The notes under the pieces: model-generated
Databases searched by the model: none
What the model saw: the letters and a program-made list of their open reading frames with translations, nothing else
Told to the model about the DNA's origin: nothing
Origin: Octopus sinensis
Lineage: Eukaryota
NCBI RefSeq assembly: GCF_006345805.1
Contig: NC_042997.1
Coordinates: 9,362,001 to 9,426,000, forward strand
DNA: 64,000 bases
Reading direction: 5' to 3'
Position numbers and translations under genes: made by a program
Shown here: one piece after another, positions 11,966 through 24,547 of the stretch
Numbering within the stretch: position 1 is the stretch's first letter
Layout: every line of letters starts with the position of its first letter

Positions 11966-12385
11966 TGTTAGCAGGTGGAGGACTTTGGTGGCCTTTTTTG
12001 CTTTGGGACTGTGGCTCAGGATGATAATGGTAGCTGCATAAATGTGGAGGTGCATGGCTTAGTGGTTAGGGTGTTGATCTCATGATTGTAAGGTTGTGGT
12101 TTCGATTCCTGAACCGGGCGATGCATTGTGTTCTTGAGCAAAACACTTCATTTCACCTTGCTCCAGTCCACTCAGCTGGCAAAAATGAGTAATCCTGCAA
12201 TGGACAGGTATCCCATCCAGGTGGGGAATTTCTACGCCACTGAAACCGGAAAACCGGCCCTTATGAGCCTGGCATGGCTCGAGAAGGAAGAGGGAACATG
12301 AATGAGAGAATTTGCCATTAGGTTCTGGTCAGAGGTTAGGTGAGTAGGGTTCCTATGGATATATCACTGCTAGAAAGGATCAACA
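11966..12385 (+). mobile_element. Candidate 3' LTR of the Gypsy element (interrupted by a SINE)
   Basis: A purine tract AGAAGGAGGGGAGTGAGGGAGG is followed by TGTTAG..., with a possible end at ...ATCAACA. No matching 5' LTR was found. Confidence 0.35.
12044..12288 (+). mobile_element. tRNA-derived SINE, family C
   Basis: A-box TGGCTTAGTGG, B-box GGTTTCGATTCC and body GTTCTTGAGCAAAACAC..CAGTCCACTCAGCTGGC. Related to the copy at 24548-24849. Confidence 0.8.
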
Positions 12386-12409
12386 TTACAAGAGAACCAG
12401 TGTGGTAGG

Positions 12410-12960
12410 TGAATTACACTTGTATTCCTCATACCACAATTGCATCTGAACTATTCTCATTGTGTTAAATATATTGCGTCCTTAATTTCTATCCAAAGTT
12501 TAAGTGATTGCAAGTATTTCCACTTGAATATGTTTGATTATGTTGGAGTTTCAATTATGTCTAAGAATTCTTTCTGTAGTTTAAGTAAATGAAAGCATAA
12601 CACAAACATATTATATCAGTTATGTCTCTGTTTTCTATCCATTGATTAAGTATTTGAAAGTATAACAACTGAACTTGTTTTATTTTGTTAAAGTTTCAAT
12701 GATGTCTCTTATTTCTTTCCATAGTTAGATAGTTGAACATGCTACATCCAAATTTGTATCATTATATTAAATACATCCATTATATCTGATTTCATTTCAT
12801 AATTAAGATAATTGCAAGTATAACATTTTAACTTATTTCATTATGCTAAATATTTCAATTACATCTCTGATTTCTTTCCATAGCTTGCATAGTTGAAAGT
12901 ACAACACTCAAATTTGTTTTACCATGTTAACAGTTGTTTCTGATTTCTTTCCATAGATTA
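12410..12960. repeat. Degenerate ~75-80-bp AT-rich tandem repeat, about 7 units
   Basis: Recurrent (G)ATTTCTTTCCATAG(T)T(A)GATA(G)TTG(A/C)AAGTA-like motif at about 12484, 12566, 12630, 12710, 12790, 12869 and 12942. Confidence 0.55.
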
Positions 12961-12965
12961 GATAC

Positions 12966-13696
12966 TTATTCCCTTTACTATTCAGATTATTCTACCAAAC
13001 TTAGTGCTTCTTGGTTCACATTGTTTTGAATTACTGTAAATCCTCGAGTATAGTCTGTCCTTGAGTATAATACACAGGGGATTTTTGGGGGGCTGTACCT
13101 CTGAGAAACCTAAACCTTGTGTATAATATGCACCCCTTCTCTAACTTGAGTCAAGGAGGTCTATATAACATCCTTGGTTTGTAAAAATGTATATGGTAAC
13201 ATCCTTTATTATCATTGTATATATAACATAATGCAAATGTGTAGCTTTTTTGTGCATTTTGTTTGCAGAAAATAAAGAAATAACAGTAATAACGTTTAAT
13301 AAATGTTGCTTACTGCAAGTTATGGATGATTCTTTTATGGCTTCATTGCTTTCAGGCTTAGCTTAAGGTATATTCACATCAGACATCACAAAATGCATCT
13401 GAATACACATTGCTGGACTGCAAATAGACTTGGACATTGCTGAGAAAATATTTTTCATTTTTAACCTCGTATATAGTACGCACTAGGGATTTTGACCTTT
13501 AAATTTTGGGAAAAAATACGGATTACACTCGAGGATTTATGGTAATCATGCATTTCCTCATATCTTTGATAATTCAATGATGTGATTATTTAATGTAGAA
13601 TAACATTGTAGGGTAGGAGCGAGAGCCTGGATCTGATCAGTTTGAACAGATGGAATATTTTACTGGATACGGCTGGTTTAAACACTAAACAATTAA
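12966..13696. mobile_element. piggyBac-type (TTAA) MITE, decayed, interrupted by a Tc2-like element
   Basis: Degenerate ends TTATTCCCTTTAC.. and ..AACACTAAACAATTAA. The halves rejoin at GAATTA|ATCATGC around the nested element. Confidence 0.55.
13034..13542. mobile_element. Non-autonomous Tc2/pogo-like DNA transposon
   Basis: 24-bp TIRs CTGTAAATCCTCGAGTATAGTCTG vs reverse complement CCATAAATCCTCGAGTGTAATCCG (19/24 identical), with TA on both sides. Confidence 0.8.
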
Positions 13697-13827
13697 ATTC
13701 ATCACATTCAAATTTGTCCCATTGTGTTAAACATATGAATTATGTCTTTGATCTCATTCCATAGTAAATGTTGTTTTCAGCACAACACAAACCACACAAT
13801 TGTCTTGACAAGCAGAATTACATTATA

Positions 13828-14012
13828 GATAATAATTTCTAAAAGAAGCCCAAGGCCACAAATTTTAGGATGCGTATTATTGATTAAATGAGTTTCACTG
13901 CTTGATTACTACTTATTTCATTGACCCATAAAGGATGCAAAAACAAAGTTGACCTCATCTAGAATTTAATTCAGAATGTAAAGGGGTGTAACTAAATACC
14001 GCAAGCGATTTT
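13828..14012 (-). mobile_element. SINE family A, degenerate
   Basis: TTGACCC..AAAGGATG..AAAGTTGACCTC..AGAATTT..TCAGAATGTAA matches the family reverse complement. Confidence 0.65.
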
Positions 14013-14084
14013 GTTTGCTGCACTCTTCAATCATGCCCTTCACCAGCCTAATAATATCAATTATAGTAATCATCAATATTTTGT

Positions 14085-14306
14085 GTGTGCATATATATAT
14101 ATATATATACATACATACATACACACACATACACACATACATATATATATATGAATATATCTATGTATGTATATTTACATATGTATACTTACACATATAC
14201 ATATACTCATACATATTTACATTAAGTGGATGCATTTATGAGGGTATATATATTTATATATATGTGTGTGTGTGAGTACGTGTACATATATATATATATG
14301 TATGTA

Positions 14307-14357
<51 letters not shown>

Positions 14358-14364
14358 GTATGTA

Positions 14365-14419
<55 letters not shown>

Positions 14420-14425
14420 ATAAAC
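14085..14425. repeat. Compound (TA)n/(CATA)n/(TG)n microsatellite block
   Basis: Directly visible in the sequence. Confidence 0.95.
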
Positions 14426-14502
14426 ATACCCCAAAATTTAAACTACATAATAATGATTCTATTAAAGATGGTTCATTGATGGCGGTGGTGGTGGTTGTGT
14501 TG

Positions 14503-14534
<32 letters not shown>

Positions 14535-14835
14535 GGTCATAAATGTGCTACTGACGCTGATGTTGATGGTGGTGAAGCAGAGGAAGAGCAAAATAATGAT
14601 GGTGATAAGGTGTTTTAGAGCAAAAATGAAACTAAACAATCACACACAATTGATAATTACAGGCTTTTGCTGAGAAAAAGAAAATGAATAGTGAACGGCT
14701 ATTGATCTTAATTGGAGAAAATGATGTAGAATGATTAGCTAATTACTGATGAAGATGTTTATTTGTATTTAACAAAGAACTGAGGAATCTATACCACCAA
14801 TTCCACCACTATTATCAGAGCTACCTGAATTTTAT

Positions 14836-14894
<59 letters not shown>

Positions 14895-15052
14895 TAACTG
14901 CCTGTAGTAATAGCCATTCTCACTATCATCATCATCAACATCATCATCATCATGATCACCATCATCATTATCATTAGCAGCAGCAACAGCAGCAACATCT
15001 TTCTCTTCCCTGTTGTTGTCCTTATTATCATTGTCATTATTATCAAGTGTTT

Positions 15053-15056
<4 letters not shown>

Positions 15057-15100
<44 letters not shown>

Positions 15101-15323
15101 TAATAATAATAATAATATAACAAAATTATTGTATATAGTGCTGAGGTACACCACAACTTGTCAAAAGTGCGTATAAAGCATATGCAGTAATGTACAAGTG
15201 CCTGGAAAGTGAGCAGTGTATGAGTCAGATACATGCTTGCGTGTGTATGGAGGGGAGAAAATCAGGTGTAGTGTTGGCGAATCTCAGGAAGCATGGAAGT
15301 TTTGAAGGATGCAGTGCTCCCAC
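15057..15323 (-). mobile_element. 3' end of a LINE (CR1/L2-like) with (TTA)n tail
   Basis: The minus strand reads ..SFKTSMLPEIRQHYT-stop, then a ~200-nt UTR, then a long (TTA)n tract. Confidence 0.5.
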
Positions 15324-15855
15324 ACATAATAATCAAGGGGTTGCAGTTTGGGGAGTTAGGTAGCCAAATGTTAGGGGTGATGTGGTCACAGAAATTGTCT
15401 GACAGCCATGACTGGGTTCTCCTGTTTGTGTGGCATGGTGCAGAGTCCTGTTGCCAGACATAGGGTCTTCCAGCAGTCACCCTCTTCACCCAGGGCAGCA
15501 CTACCTCCTCCAGGCACTTGATGTAGGCTTCTGTGTTGAGTCGGAGTCTGGTTGATCACTCCAGACACTATGATGTTGACTGGATGTTTGATTTTTATCA
15601 CTCTCAGTACATCCTCAGACTAACAGCCAAACACTCTGAAATGTTCATATTGGAGCTTCCAGCATGAATGCCAAGCAGTACAGTATGTCATTTCCAAATT
15701 TCTGGCATGGTGAATTGTGTCATGGTGTTATTTTTCTCAGAGACAGTACCCAACTGACCCTACTGTACTGTGTAGTCACCAAAATCCAAAGCAAACAATG
15801 TGCATGCACGAAATTAAAAATATAAAATGGAAAAAAATTTACACATTGCACCCTG
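15324..15855 (-). mobile_element. Internally deleted, truncated maT (DD37D) copy of the same family as 5577-6839
   Basis: Peptide LPWVKRVTAGRPYVWQQDSAPCHTNRRTQSWLSDNFCDHITPNIWLPNSP, and a left TIR (reverse complement CAGGGTGCAATG) ending at 15855 next to TA. Confidence 0.88.
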
Positions 15856-15917
15856 TATATGTGCATGTGTGTGTGTGTCAATAATAAAAATAACAAGGAC
15901 ATATATGTATGCATATA

Positions 15918-16110
15918 TCATAATCGTCATCATCATTTAATGACCACTGTCCATGCTGGCATAGGTTGGATAGTTTGACCAGAGCTGACAAGCAGGGGAG
16001 TTGCACCAGATTCCGGTATGATTTGGCATGGTTTCTACAATTGTATGTCCTTCCTAATGCCAGCCACTTTACAGAGTGGGCTGGGTGCTTTTACATGGCA
16101 GTTCCACGAA
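15918..16110 (-). mobile_element. 5'-truncated RTE 3' UTR copy with (GAT)n tail
   Basis: CATCATCATTTAATGACCACTGTCCATGCTGGCAT.. matches the reverse complement of 5290-5463. Confidence 0.75.
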
Positions 16111-16155
16111 TTCTTTACACCTCCAGAAGTATCAATATATATATATATATATATA

Positions 16156-16582
16156 TACTCTTTACTTTTTTTACTCTTTTACTTGTTTCAGTCATTTGAC
16201 TACGGTCATGCTGGAGCACCGCCTTTAGTCGAGCAAATCGACCCCGGGACTTATTTTTTGTAAGCCCAGTACTTATTCTATCGGTCTCTTTTGCCGAACC
16301 ACTAAGTGACGGGGACATACACACACCAGCATAGGTTGTCAAGCAATGCTAGAGGGACAAACACAGACACATAAACATATACACACATACATAGATAGAT
16401 ATATATATATACATATATACGACAGGCTTCTTTCAGTTTCCGTCTACCAAATCCACTCACAAGGCATTGGTCGGCCCGGGGCTATAGCAGAAGACACTTG
16501 CCCAAGATGTCACGCAGTGGGACTGAACCCGGAACCATGTGGTTGGTTAGAAAGCTACTTACTACACAGCCACTCCTGCGCC
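16156..16582 (-). mobile_element. tRNA-derived CORE-like SINE, family B (about 430 bp, with internal microsatellite)
   Basis: Head GGCGCAGGAGTGGCTGTG..GGGTTCAGTCCC, CORE-like CTTGGGCAAGTG, and tail ..GACTGAAACAAGTAAAAGAGTA. Confidence 0.9.
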
Positions 16583-16596
16583 TATATATATATATT

Positions 16597-17035
16597 ATCA
16601 TCATCATTATCATCATCTTTAAGATCTGCTTTCCGTGCTGGCATGGGGTGAACATTATGGCTGAGGACTGGCAAGCCAGGAGGCTGCATAAGGTTACAGT
16701 CTATTCTAACAGGTTTTCTACAAGTGGAATCCCTTCCTAATGCCAAGCACTCCAGGAGTGTAGTGGGTGATTTTTTATGTGCTACTGACATGAGAGCCAA
16801 TCAGGCGGCACTGACATCGACCACATTCAAATGGTGCTTTTTATGCACCACTGGCACAGATGCCAGTCAAGTGGCACTGGGCATCAGTCACAAAAATGAT
16901 TTCACTTGATTCAAAAGGTTTTCTCAAGCACAGCATATTGCCTGACGATTGAAAGGTACTTTTAAATGGGCCAATTATGCGACATTTGGCTACCAGGGTC
17001 TTCTCAAGCGCAGCATATCTCCAAAGATGCAGGCA
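16597..17035 (-). mobile_element. Decayed RTE 3' end (ORF end plus UTR)
   Basis: GGGTCTTCTCAAGCGCAGCATATC matches the reverse complement of the RTE ORF end, and a (CAT)n tail lies at about 16600. Confidence 0.65.
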
Positions 17036-17369
17036 AACTGTGTAGTTAAGAAGTTTACTACACAATTACATGGTATCAGGTTCAGTCTAACTGAGACCAT
17101 AGAAGAAGTCACTTGGACAAGTTACATCTATAGTCTCAGGTTGCCCAAATGCCTTGTGTGTACAACTGTCTGATGGAAGTTGTATGAAAGTCCATTATCT
17201 TTATGTTTCTGTTTGTGTGTTTTTGATTGTCGGTGTTCCCATATCTTCTCATGAGACTGATTAAGAAAGAAATGGTGATGTCATGCTTGCATTTGCTGCG
17301 TACAATATATTATATTTCGTTTTTGGATTTGGTCAGCAAGATTCTTTATGTGAGTTTGTGTGTTGAAGC

Positions 17370-17576
17370 ATATTCTGTTGTGTCTGGGGAGAGTCATTTT
17401 CTTTTTGTGCCTTATAATTTAACACACTCACCAGTAAAATTTCCACTTATTTCTTTTTTTTATTTTTTATTTATTATTTTTATTTTTAATAAGAAATAAG
17501 TGGAAATTTTACTGGTGAGTATGTTAAATTATAAGGCACAAAAAAAAAATGACCCTTCCCAAGCACAACGGAATAT
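17370..17576. repeat. Fold-back (inverted repeat) element
   Basis: 50-bp arms at 17406-17455 and 17491-17540 with 1 mismatch around an AT-rich spacer. The arms extend imperfectly outward. Confidence 0.85.
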
Positions 17577-17759
17577 ATTATATTGTTCTGAACTGTCTAG
17601 ATTTAATTGAATAATTATTTCTCTCTTGAAAAACAGGTAAGATTTAATGACAGGAAGAGATGTAAAAACGTGAATGCCAACCTCTGACCATTTCTGTTTC
17701 AAATCCTAGGACACATAGGTCTGGTTATGCAGTTTCCATGGCACACAGCTGACTAAGAT

Positions 17760-17945
17760 TACAACATTCCCTTTGAACTGTACACTATTCCATCACAGAG
17801 TTACTCATTTACAGGTGCATGGACTGGAACAATGTGAAATTGAGTGTTTTGCTCTAAAGCCAAATGCATCACCCAGTCCAGTAATTGAAACCACGATCTT
17901 GAAATTGTGAGTGTAACATCCTAACCATTAGGCCATGTGCTTTCA
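17760..17945 (-). mobile_element. SINE family C, degenerate
   Basis: GGACTGGAACAATGTGAAATTGAGTGTTTTGCTC..CCTAACCATTAGGCCATG resembles the family C reverse complement. Confidence 0.55.
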
Positions 17946-18652
17946 AACTCTAGCCATAAAATACTACCTTATGTAGCATCTGTCCGACTCATGCCAGCAG
18001 AGGAAAGGAAAAAGAATAATTAATGTAAAACGAAAGAATTAGTGGTGGTGGTGGTGGTTGTTATTGTTGTTTAATCCAAGATCAGCCCTTATTCATCAGA
18101 CCTATGACCAAAAGTATTCCAGCTATGATCATTCCATTTCTTCTTATGAGCATAGAACTCAGGATCACATATTGTCTAAGATATTTTTTCTAAGGTTACA
18201 GGAAAATTAAGGAGCGATATTATTTCGAATGGTTCTTTTTTTTAGATTATTCATGTTGGAAAACTATGTTGATGTTGACTATCTGAAGCTTTATATTATC
18301 ATTCATGCAATTATAAGATGCTGAGTGAAAATTTTAAAAAAAAACGGAATGGTCTAAATGGACTGTCTTGGGGCTGGCTACCATTCAAATGGTTAAGAAG
18401 CAGAGCCAACAACAACAGAATCTCAATTTCTTTAACTGCTAGTACAAATATATCCATGCTGGTAACTTGTGTTAGATTATCAGCATCATCAACACAATCA
18501 TTACCAACAAAGGCAACAACTATCAGATACATCTTCAGATACAACTGCAAACATTATCAAGAAACATATATCATATTTTACATTAATTAAAGGCACAGGT
18601 GTTCTTGAATACTATTAGATTTTGTTACAAGAATCGTTTAAAAATAAGAGAT

Positions 18653-18688
<36 letters not shown>

Positions 18689-19044
18689 CAAATCAAATAA
18701 CCTCTATCAACAACAGCAACTAGTACAATAATATTTTCTAGCTTTTCTAACATTCATAGAATGGTGATGATGATGATGACGATGGTGGTGGCGGTGGTGG
18801 TGGTGACAACAATGATGACATCAATGATGTGTTCTAGTAGTTACACGAGACCAAAATTTCTTGAGGAGAGGAACAGTTGTGTGAATTAAACTCAGTTCAT
18901 TATTGTGAAGTATTTTGGCAGCCCTGGAGGAATAGAAGATAGTTAAGCTAGGAGTTACTTGAATAAAGAAGATAAAAGAACATATATGAACATTTGTAAA
19001 GATAGTATGTTCAATGTTCTCCAGTTTTGATCTCCACCATCCTC

Positions 19045-19078
<34 letters not shown>

Positions 19079-19371
19079 GCTGTTCAATGCAGAGAATGCA
19101 AAGGATAAAGAGAGGCTTTATCATGCTAACCCATTAAAGGGATCTGCAGTTCAAGTTGACATCAATATAGCAGATAAAACAATTAAGCTCATGAAGATAA
19201 GGAAAGCTAAGTCGCTCAAAGTATCTGGTGAGGTAGGATACATTACAGATTATAATAATCTGAAATGTTAATCAAATAATATGTTTATATAAATATGAAC
19301 ATAAATGTATGTATTTATCCATATGTACATACATACATACACACACACACATACACATGTATGTACACGTA

Positions 19372-19537
19372 GTTTTAAATTTTGGCATAAGGCTAGCAGT
19401 TTGGTGGGAGAGGGTTAAGATAATTACACCAGCCCCCAGCACTCAACTGGCACTTATTTTATCAACCTCGAAACGATAAAAGGCAAAGTCGACCTCCACA
19501 GAATTTGAACTCAGAACACAAAGACAGACTAAACCAC
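19372..19537 (-). mobile_element. SINE family A, partial
   Basis: AAAGGCAAAGTCGACCTC..GAATTTGAACTCAGAAC. Confidence 0.75.
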
Positions 19538-19584
19538 GATTGAACAGCACGAGGGAAGTGCAGCAACTGTAATTGCAAAGAAGG

Positions 19585-20390
19585 TGAAATAAATAGCAAA
19601 GCAAAATGCCCTTGAACAATTGGTTGATAAGTAGGAACAAAAACCTCTGCATGGCAAATATGTGGCCAATAGCAAATAAGCTGATGTAGACCAGAAGTGC
19701 ACTCATCAGTGGCTACAGAGCTTAGGGCTAAAGGCAGAGAGTGAAGGCTTTACCTTGGCTGTCCAAGATCAGAGCTTATTGACCTGGAACTATTAAGCTA
19801 GAGTGATGAAAAAGGGTGTAGACCCAAAGTGCCAATACTGCAATGATGAGATAGAAACAGTCAACCACCAAATCTCTGGATGTAAGGTTTTAACACCTGT
19901 AGAGTACAAATCAAGACATGACAGAGTTGGCTAATATCTATATTGGATAATGTGTCAGCATTATAAAATCAAAACTACTGACAAATGGTACAAGCACCAC
20001 CCTGAGGCTGTAACTGAGGGAGAAACAGTAACTATTCTTTGGGACTTCCCTGTATGTACAGATCAGACCATCAAAGCAAATAAACCAGATATTGTTATGA
20101 AAGACAAAAGCAATAAAGTCTGTTTATCGATTGACATGAGCATACCCTGTGACTATAATATCTTGGCAAAAGAATTTGGTAAGCTCGGAAAATATAAAGA
20201 TCTGCTAATCAAAATTGAAAAGATGTGGCATTTCAAAGCGGTTGCAATACCAGTCATAATAGGAGTACTTGGAATGATCAAAAACAGAACTGAAAATTAT
20301 TTAAGAATGATCCCTGGCTTACCATTCATGCAGGAAGCAAAAAGATTGTCTTAACTGGTACCACAGATATCATAGACGGTTAATCTAGCT
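19585..20390 (+). pseudogene. R4/Dong-clade non-LTR retrotransposon C-terminal fragment (zinc knuckle plus restriction-like endonuclease)
   Basis: LKAESEGF..AVQDQSL, CQYC..ETVNHQISGC, RHDRV, ILWDFPV.TDQTIKANKPDIV, IDMSIP, KYKDL and IPVIIGVLG. Confidence 0.85.
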
Positions 20391-21067
20391 AACCGTTGGT
20401 GAGTTTTCACTCTTTTCAATGATGTCCAAGCAAGAGGGTCAATTCACACCTTGTGGTAAATTTTTCAGACCAAATTTTTAATCACCTGAATAAAACAGCT
20501 TTTTCATGATGTTATCAAACTATTCATTAATAAAAAAACGCATCTGATAGAGAGAGAGACAGACAGACAGACAGCCAAACAGAGATAGAGAGATACGGAA
20601 AGATTGGGCGAGAGAGAGGGACTAGAAAGAAATAGGGAAAGGAAGTTTCACAAGCTGTGCCATGTTTCCATCTTCTTTGTCAACAAATTATCTGCTGGCT
20701 TTGGAAAAGTGAATGTTTGTGACAGGTAAGGCATCCATCCATAAAAACAATGTCTCAATTCATCTAACCTATGTAAGCATGAAGAAGATGGATATGAGAC
20801 GAATGACCGAATTTGTTTCTTTCCTCAGAATTTCACATTTGGAGTTCTTGGACCGCATTGACATTGCTTGTGTCATAAACAATAACTACAGCAGCTTAGT
20901 TCTTTGGTTTGTTAAGGACATTGGAATAAAATACCTTATTGGGACCAAATACATGTTGGCATAAGGAAAGCATCTGGCCACAGCAAACAGCCACATCACA
21001 ATTCCTCCCATCTCATATCAACATAGAAAAAGTAGGTTTAAATCAAAGAAAAAATTATATGTATCAG

Positions 21068-21445
21068 GGACAGGTGTGGCTGTCACATGGCTCAGGGTTC
21101 AGTCCCACAGTGAGGCACTTTAGGCAAGTGTCTTCTATATATTCAGGTTGACCAAAGCCTTGTGAGTGGATTTGGAAAAAATGAAAACTAAAAGAAGCCC
21201 ATTGTACATAAATGTGTGTATGTGTCTTTGGGTCTGTGTTTGTACCTCCCCCCACCACCACCACTGCTTAACAACCGGTGTTGGTGTGTTTACATCACCA
21301 TAACCTAGCAGTTTGGTAAAATCAGACTGATAGAATAAGTACTGAGCTTAGCAAAAAATTTAATTACTGGGATCAATTCATTTGACTAAAAATTCTTCAA
21401 GCTGGTGCCCCAGAACCACAGTGTGACTGAAATAAGTAAACAAAA
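21068..21445 (+). mobile_element. SINE family B, degenerate
   Basis: GGGTTCAGTCCCAC..TTTAGGCAAGTGTCTTC..GACTGAAATAAGTAAA. Confidence 0.8.
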
Positions 21446-22467
21446 AAGAAAAAAACTTAATATGTATATATGTGTATGTGTCTGTTTGTCTGTGTATAAA
21501 TGTGTGTGGATATGTGTGTATGTGTGTGTGTGTGTGGATGTGTACATATGCTTTAGGACTAACTCACAGGACACTGACTGCCTGTGTTAAACACAGATAT
21601 GTGAACACTGATGCAGGACAGGGGAAGAAATATACATATACTTGTGTGTGTGTGCATATATATCTAAACATGTGTAAAATTACATTTGTTCATATGTAAG
21701 TGTATGTGCGTGTGTATGTCTCTGTCTCTGTATATATAACTGGCTTGGCTGCTTCTCATATATTGTCTCACTCTCTCTCTCCCCCTCTCTCTTCCTCAGT
21801 ATTCACATATCTGTGTTTAGCTCAGATAATCAGTGTTCTGTGAGTTTACTCCTAAAGTACTAGAATCAGAATAAAATCAATATTTCATTGGTATCTGGTA
21901 GGTATGGCTATTATTTAACTAGCTGTAATGAAAACAATGACTTTGGCTGAAGTGTGCAGACTATATTAGACAGTAAGTTACAAGCCTGCATAAATAAGCT
22001 TATTATAAAACAATTTCAAGTTATAAAAGGAATAAAATTGTACAGCCTTTCAGCCAAGAGGTCAATGCAAGACACTTTTCTAACTTTGATTGCATACGGC
22101 GGAAATATATTGGGGTTAAGTCAATCAACTACAGTTCCTTAGATTCTCAAAACTACTGAATGCCTCAAAAAAAGTTCTGTATTTAACTTTTCTAACTTCC
22201 TTACATATCTCATAGAATTTGTTTGGTTGTTAAGGAATAAATATATAAATAAATATATAGCTGCAAAACCGATGAAAAGTCAAATTTACAAAGGAATTTC
22301 AATTCCGTGTTGAGACAAAATATGTGTGTGTGTGTGTGTGTACATATACATACAAGAGCATCTCAAGGAAGGGAGCATTGGGCAGTTGCACAAGATTCCA
22401 CATGTTTAGGGCTTGATTCTGATCTATGTAAGCTGTAGGTTGCTGTCAATAGATAAATACTATAGGG

Positions 22468-22686
22468 CAGTGGTTTTCAACCAGGGTTCCGCGGAACTTT
22501 AGGGTTCCGTCAGTACAGTCCAGTGGTTCCACAAGAAGTTACAAAACTGCTAAAATCGGCAGTAATTTTTAATTCTCCTGTGCAGATATGTGTGCATAAG
22601 ACTATTAAATTATTGTACAGGGGTTCCTTGAGCCAGTGGAATGTTTCCTTGGGGTTCCGCTCCAGCAAAAATGCTGAAAAACACTG
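22468..22686. mobile_element. hAT (Charlie-type) MITE, 219 bp
   Basis: TIRs CAGTGGTTTTCAAC / GCTGAAAAACACTG, and a perfect 8-bp TSD CTATAGGG at 22460-22467 and 22687-22694. Confidence 0.92.
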
Positions 22687-22753
22687 CTATAGGGCCTAGT
22701 GCATTGATTTGCTGTGGGGTCTATAATCCAGCTAAGATGGCCCGGTATGAATA

Positions 22754-22783
<30 letters not shown>

Positions 22784-22784
<1 letters not shown>

Positions 22785-23190
22785 TCTTTTACTTGATTCA
22801 GTCATTTGACTGCAGCTATGCTCAAGCACCACCTTTAGTCAAGCAAATCGACCCCAGGACTTATTCTTCGTAAGTCTAGTACTTATTCTATCGGTCTCCA
22901 AGCTTAACTGCTAAGTGATGAGGACATAAGCATACCAACATCAGTTGTCAAGTGATGGTGGGTGGGACAAACAAAGACATAAATAACAAACATATGCATA
23001 GATATATATATACATATATATATCTAAAGAACGGGCTTCTTTCAGTTTCCGTCTACCAAATCCACTCACAAGGCTTTGGTTGGCTCGAAGCTATAGTAGA
23101 AACCACTTGCCTAAGGTGCCATGCAGTGGGACTGAACCCAGAACCATGTGGTTGGTAAGCAAGTTTTTTATCACACAGCCACTCCTGCAC
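22784..23190 (-). mobile_element. SINE family B
   Basis: Full head-body-tail match to 16156-16582. Confidence 0.88.
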
Positions 23191-23199
23191 TTGTGGTAC

Positions 23200-23243
<44 letters not shown>

Positions 23244-23244
23244 A

Positions 23245-24516
23245 TCAGGTCATCCCATAAGTTCTGTCCGATTTAACTTCTTTAAAATTGAATGAAATTT
23301 AATAGTATTTTAGAATGTCTAATGGGATCAAAAATTATTTTTATGCATTTGTGTACATTCAAACTAATTAAGTATTATCTTACAGAATAATAGAATAAAA
23401 ATTTCTTTGATTAAAACCCTTTCTAACATGGAAGTTTTCAAAGTGCATTTGAGGCACATAATGCTTTATGAGTACAAAAAAGGAAACTCTGCAGCCGAAG
23501 CGACTCGAAACATACACTCAGTTTATGGGAAAGAATGCTTAAATGAAAGAGCATGCAGAAGATGGTTTCCAAAATTCAGAGGCGAAGATGAAGATTGAAC
23601 AGGACGTCCAGTTGAGTTTGATGATAAGCTCCTTGAGGCATTACTTGAAGAAAATCCTGCATTATCAGTTGAAGAATTAGCAATAAAACTTAGTTCAAAT
23701 CATACAACTGTTCATCATCATCTTCAACAACTTGGAAAGGTTCCTAAACTTGAAAAATTGGTGCCTCATGAATTGCATGAAAGCAACTGCAAATTGCGAG
23801 TTGACATCTGCTCTTCTCTCCATTCTCATGAACTCATTTCACCCTTTTTGGATAGACTTGTGACTGGTGACGAAAAATGGATCTTCTATCAAAATGTTAA
23901 ATGTCATAAACAGTGGCTTGGTAAAAGGGAAAAAGCTCAACCTCAACCGAGAATGGAACTTCATAGGAAAAAGGTTCTTTTCTCTATCTTGTGGGATTGC
24001 ATAGGAGTAATTCACTTTGAATTGTTACCACCTAATGCAACAATCAATGCTCAAGTCTACTTTCAGCAATTAGAGCATTTGAACCAAGCTTTGAAGAAAA
24101 AAGACCCACTTAGGTGAATCAAAAAGGAATGATGTTTCATCAGGACAATGCGTGACCCCACACTGCAAAGATCACATCACAGAAGATCAAAGAGCTTGGT
24201 TGGGAAAAAAATTCCTCATCCACCTTATTCTCCCAGCCTTGCTCCTTCAGACTACCATTTGTTTCATAGTTTACAGAATCATTTTGGGGACATAACTTTC
24301 ACAAGCCAGTAGGAGGTCGAAACTGACATTTCAGAGTTCTTCGCTTTGAAACAAAAAGAGTTTTACATTGGTAGAATTAAAAAGCTTGTAAATAGATGGA
24401 AGGAAGTCATAGATAATCAGGGAAAGTACATTGATGATTAAATTTCAATCAAATATAACATTTGATCACTTGTTTTCTTTATTCAAAATTCAGACAGAAC
24501 TTATGGGATGACCTGA
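23245..24516 (+). mobile_element. Full-length mariner (DD34D) transposon, 1272 bp; transposase 23428-24441 disrupted
   Basis: Perfect TIR TCAGGTCATCCCATAAGTTCTGTC at both ends with TA TSD. Motifs LVPHEL, VTGDEKWI, HQDNA and HPPYSPSLAPSDYHLF. Stops and frameshifts are present. Confidence 0.95.
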
Positions 24517-24547
24517 TATATATTTATATATATATATATATATATAC

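Noticed and set aside
12044-12120. tRNA-like A and B boxes here and in other SINE heads
   Set aside because: They continue into SINE bodies with no complete cloverleaf, so they are not tRNA genes.
14770-14835. Minus-strand CTGATAA motif that might be a hammerhead remnant
   Set aside because: No GAAA or stem architecture could be recovered.
19014-19271. 85-aa ORF with a possible donor GAG|GTAGGA
   Set aside because: It runs through an (AAT)n tract, has no recognisable homology and no convincing acceptor, so it cannot be supported as an exon.
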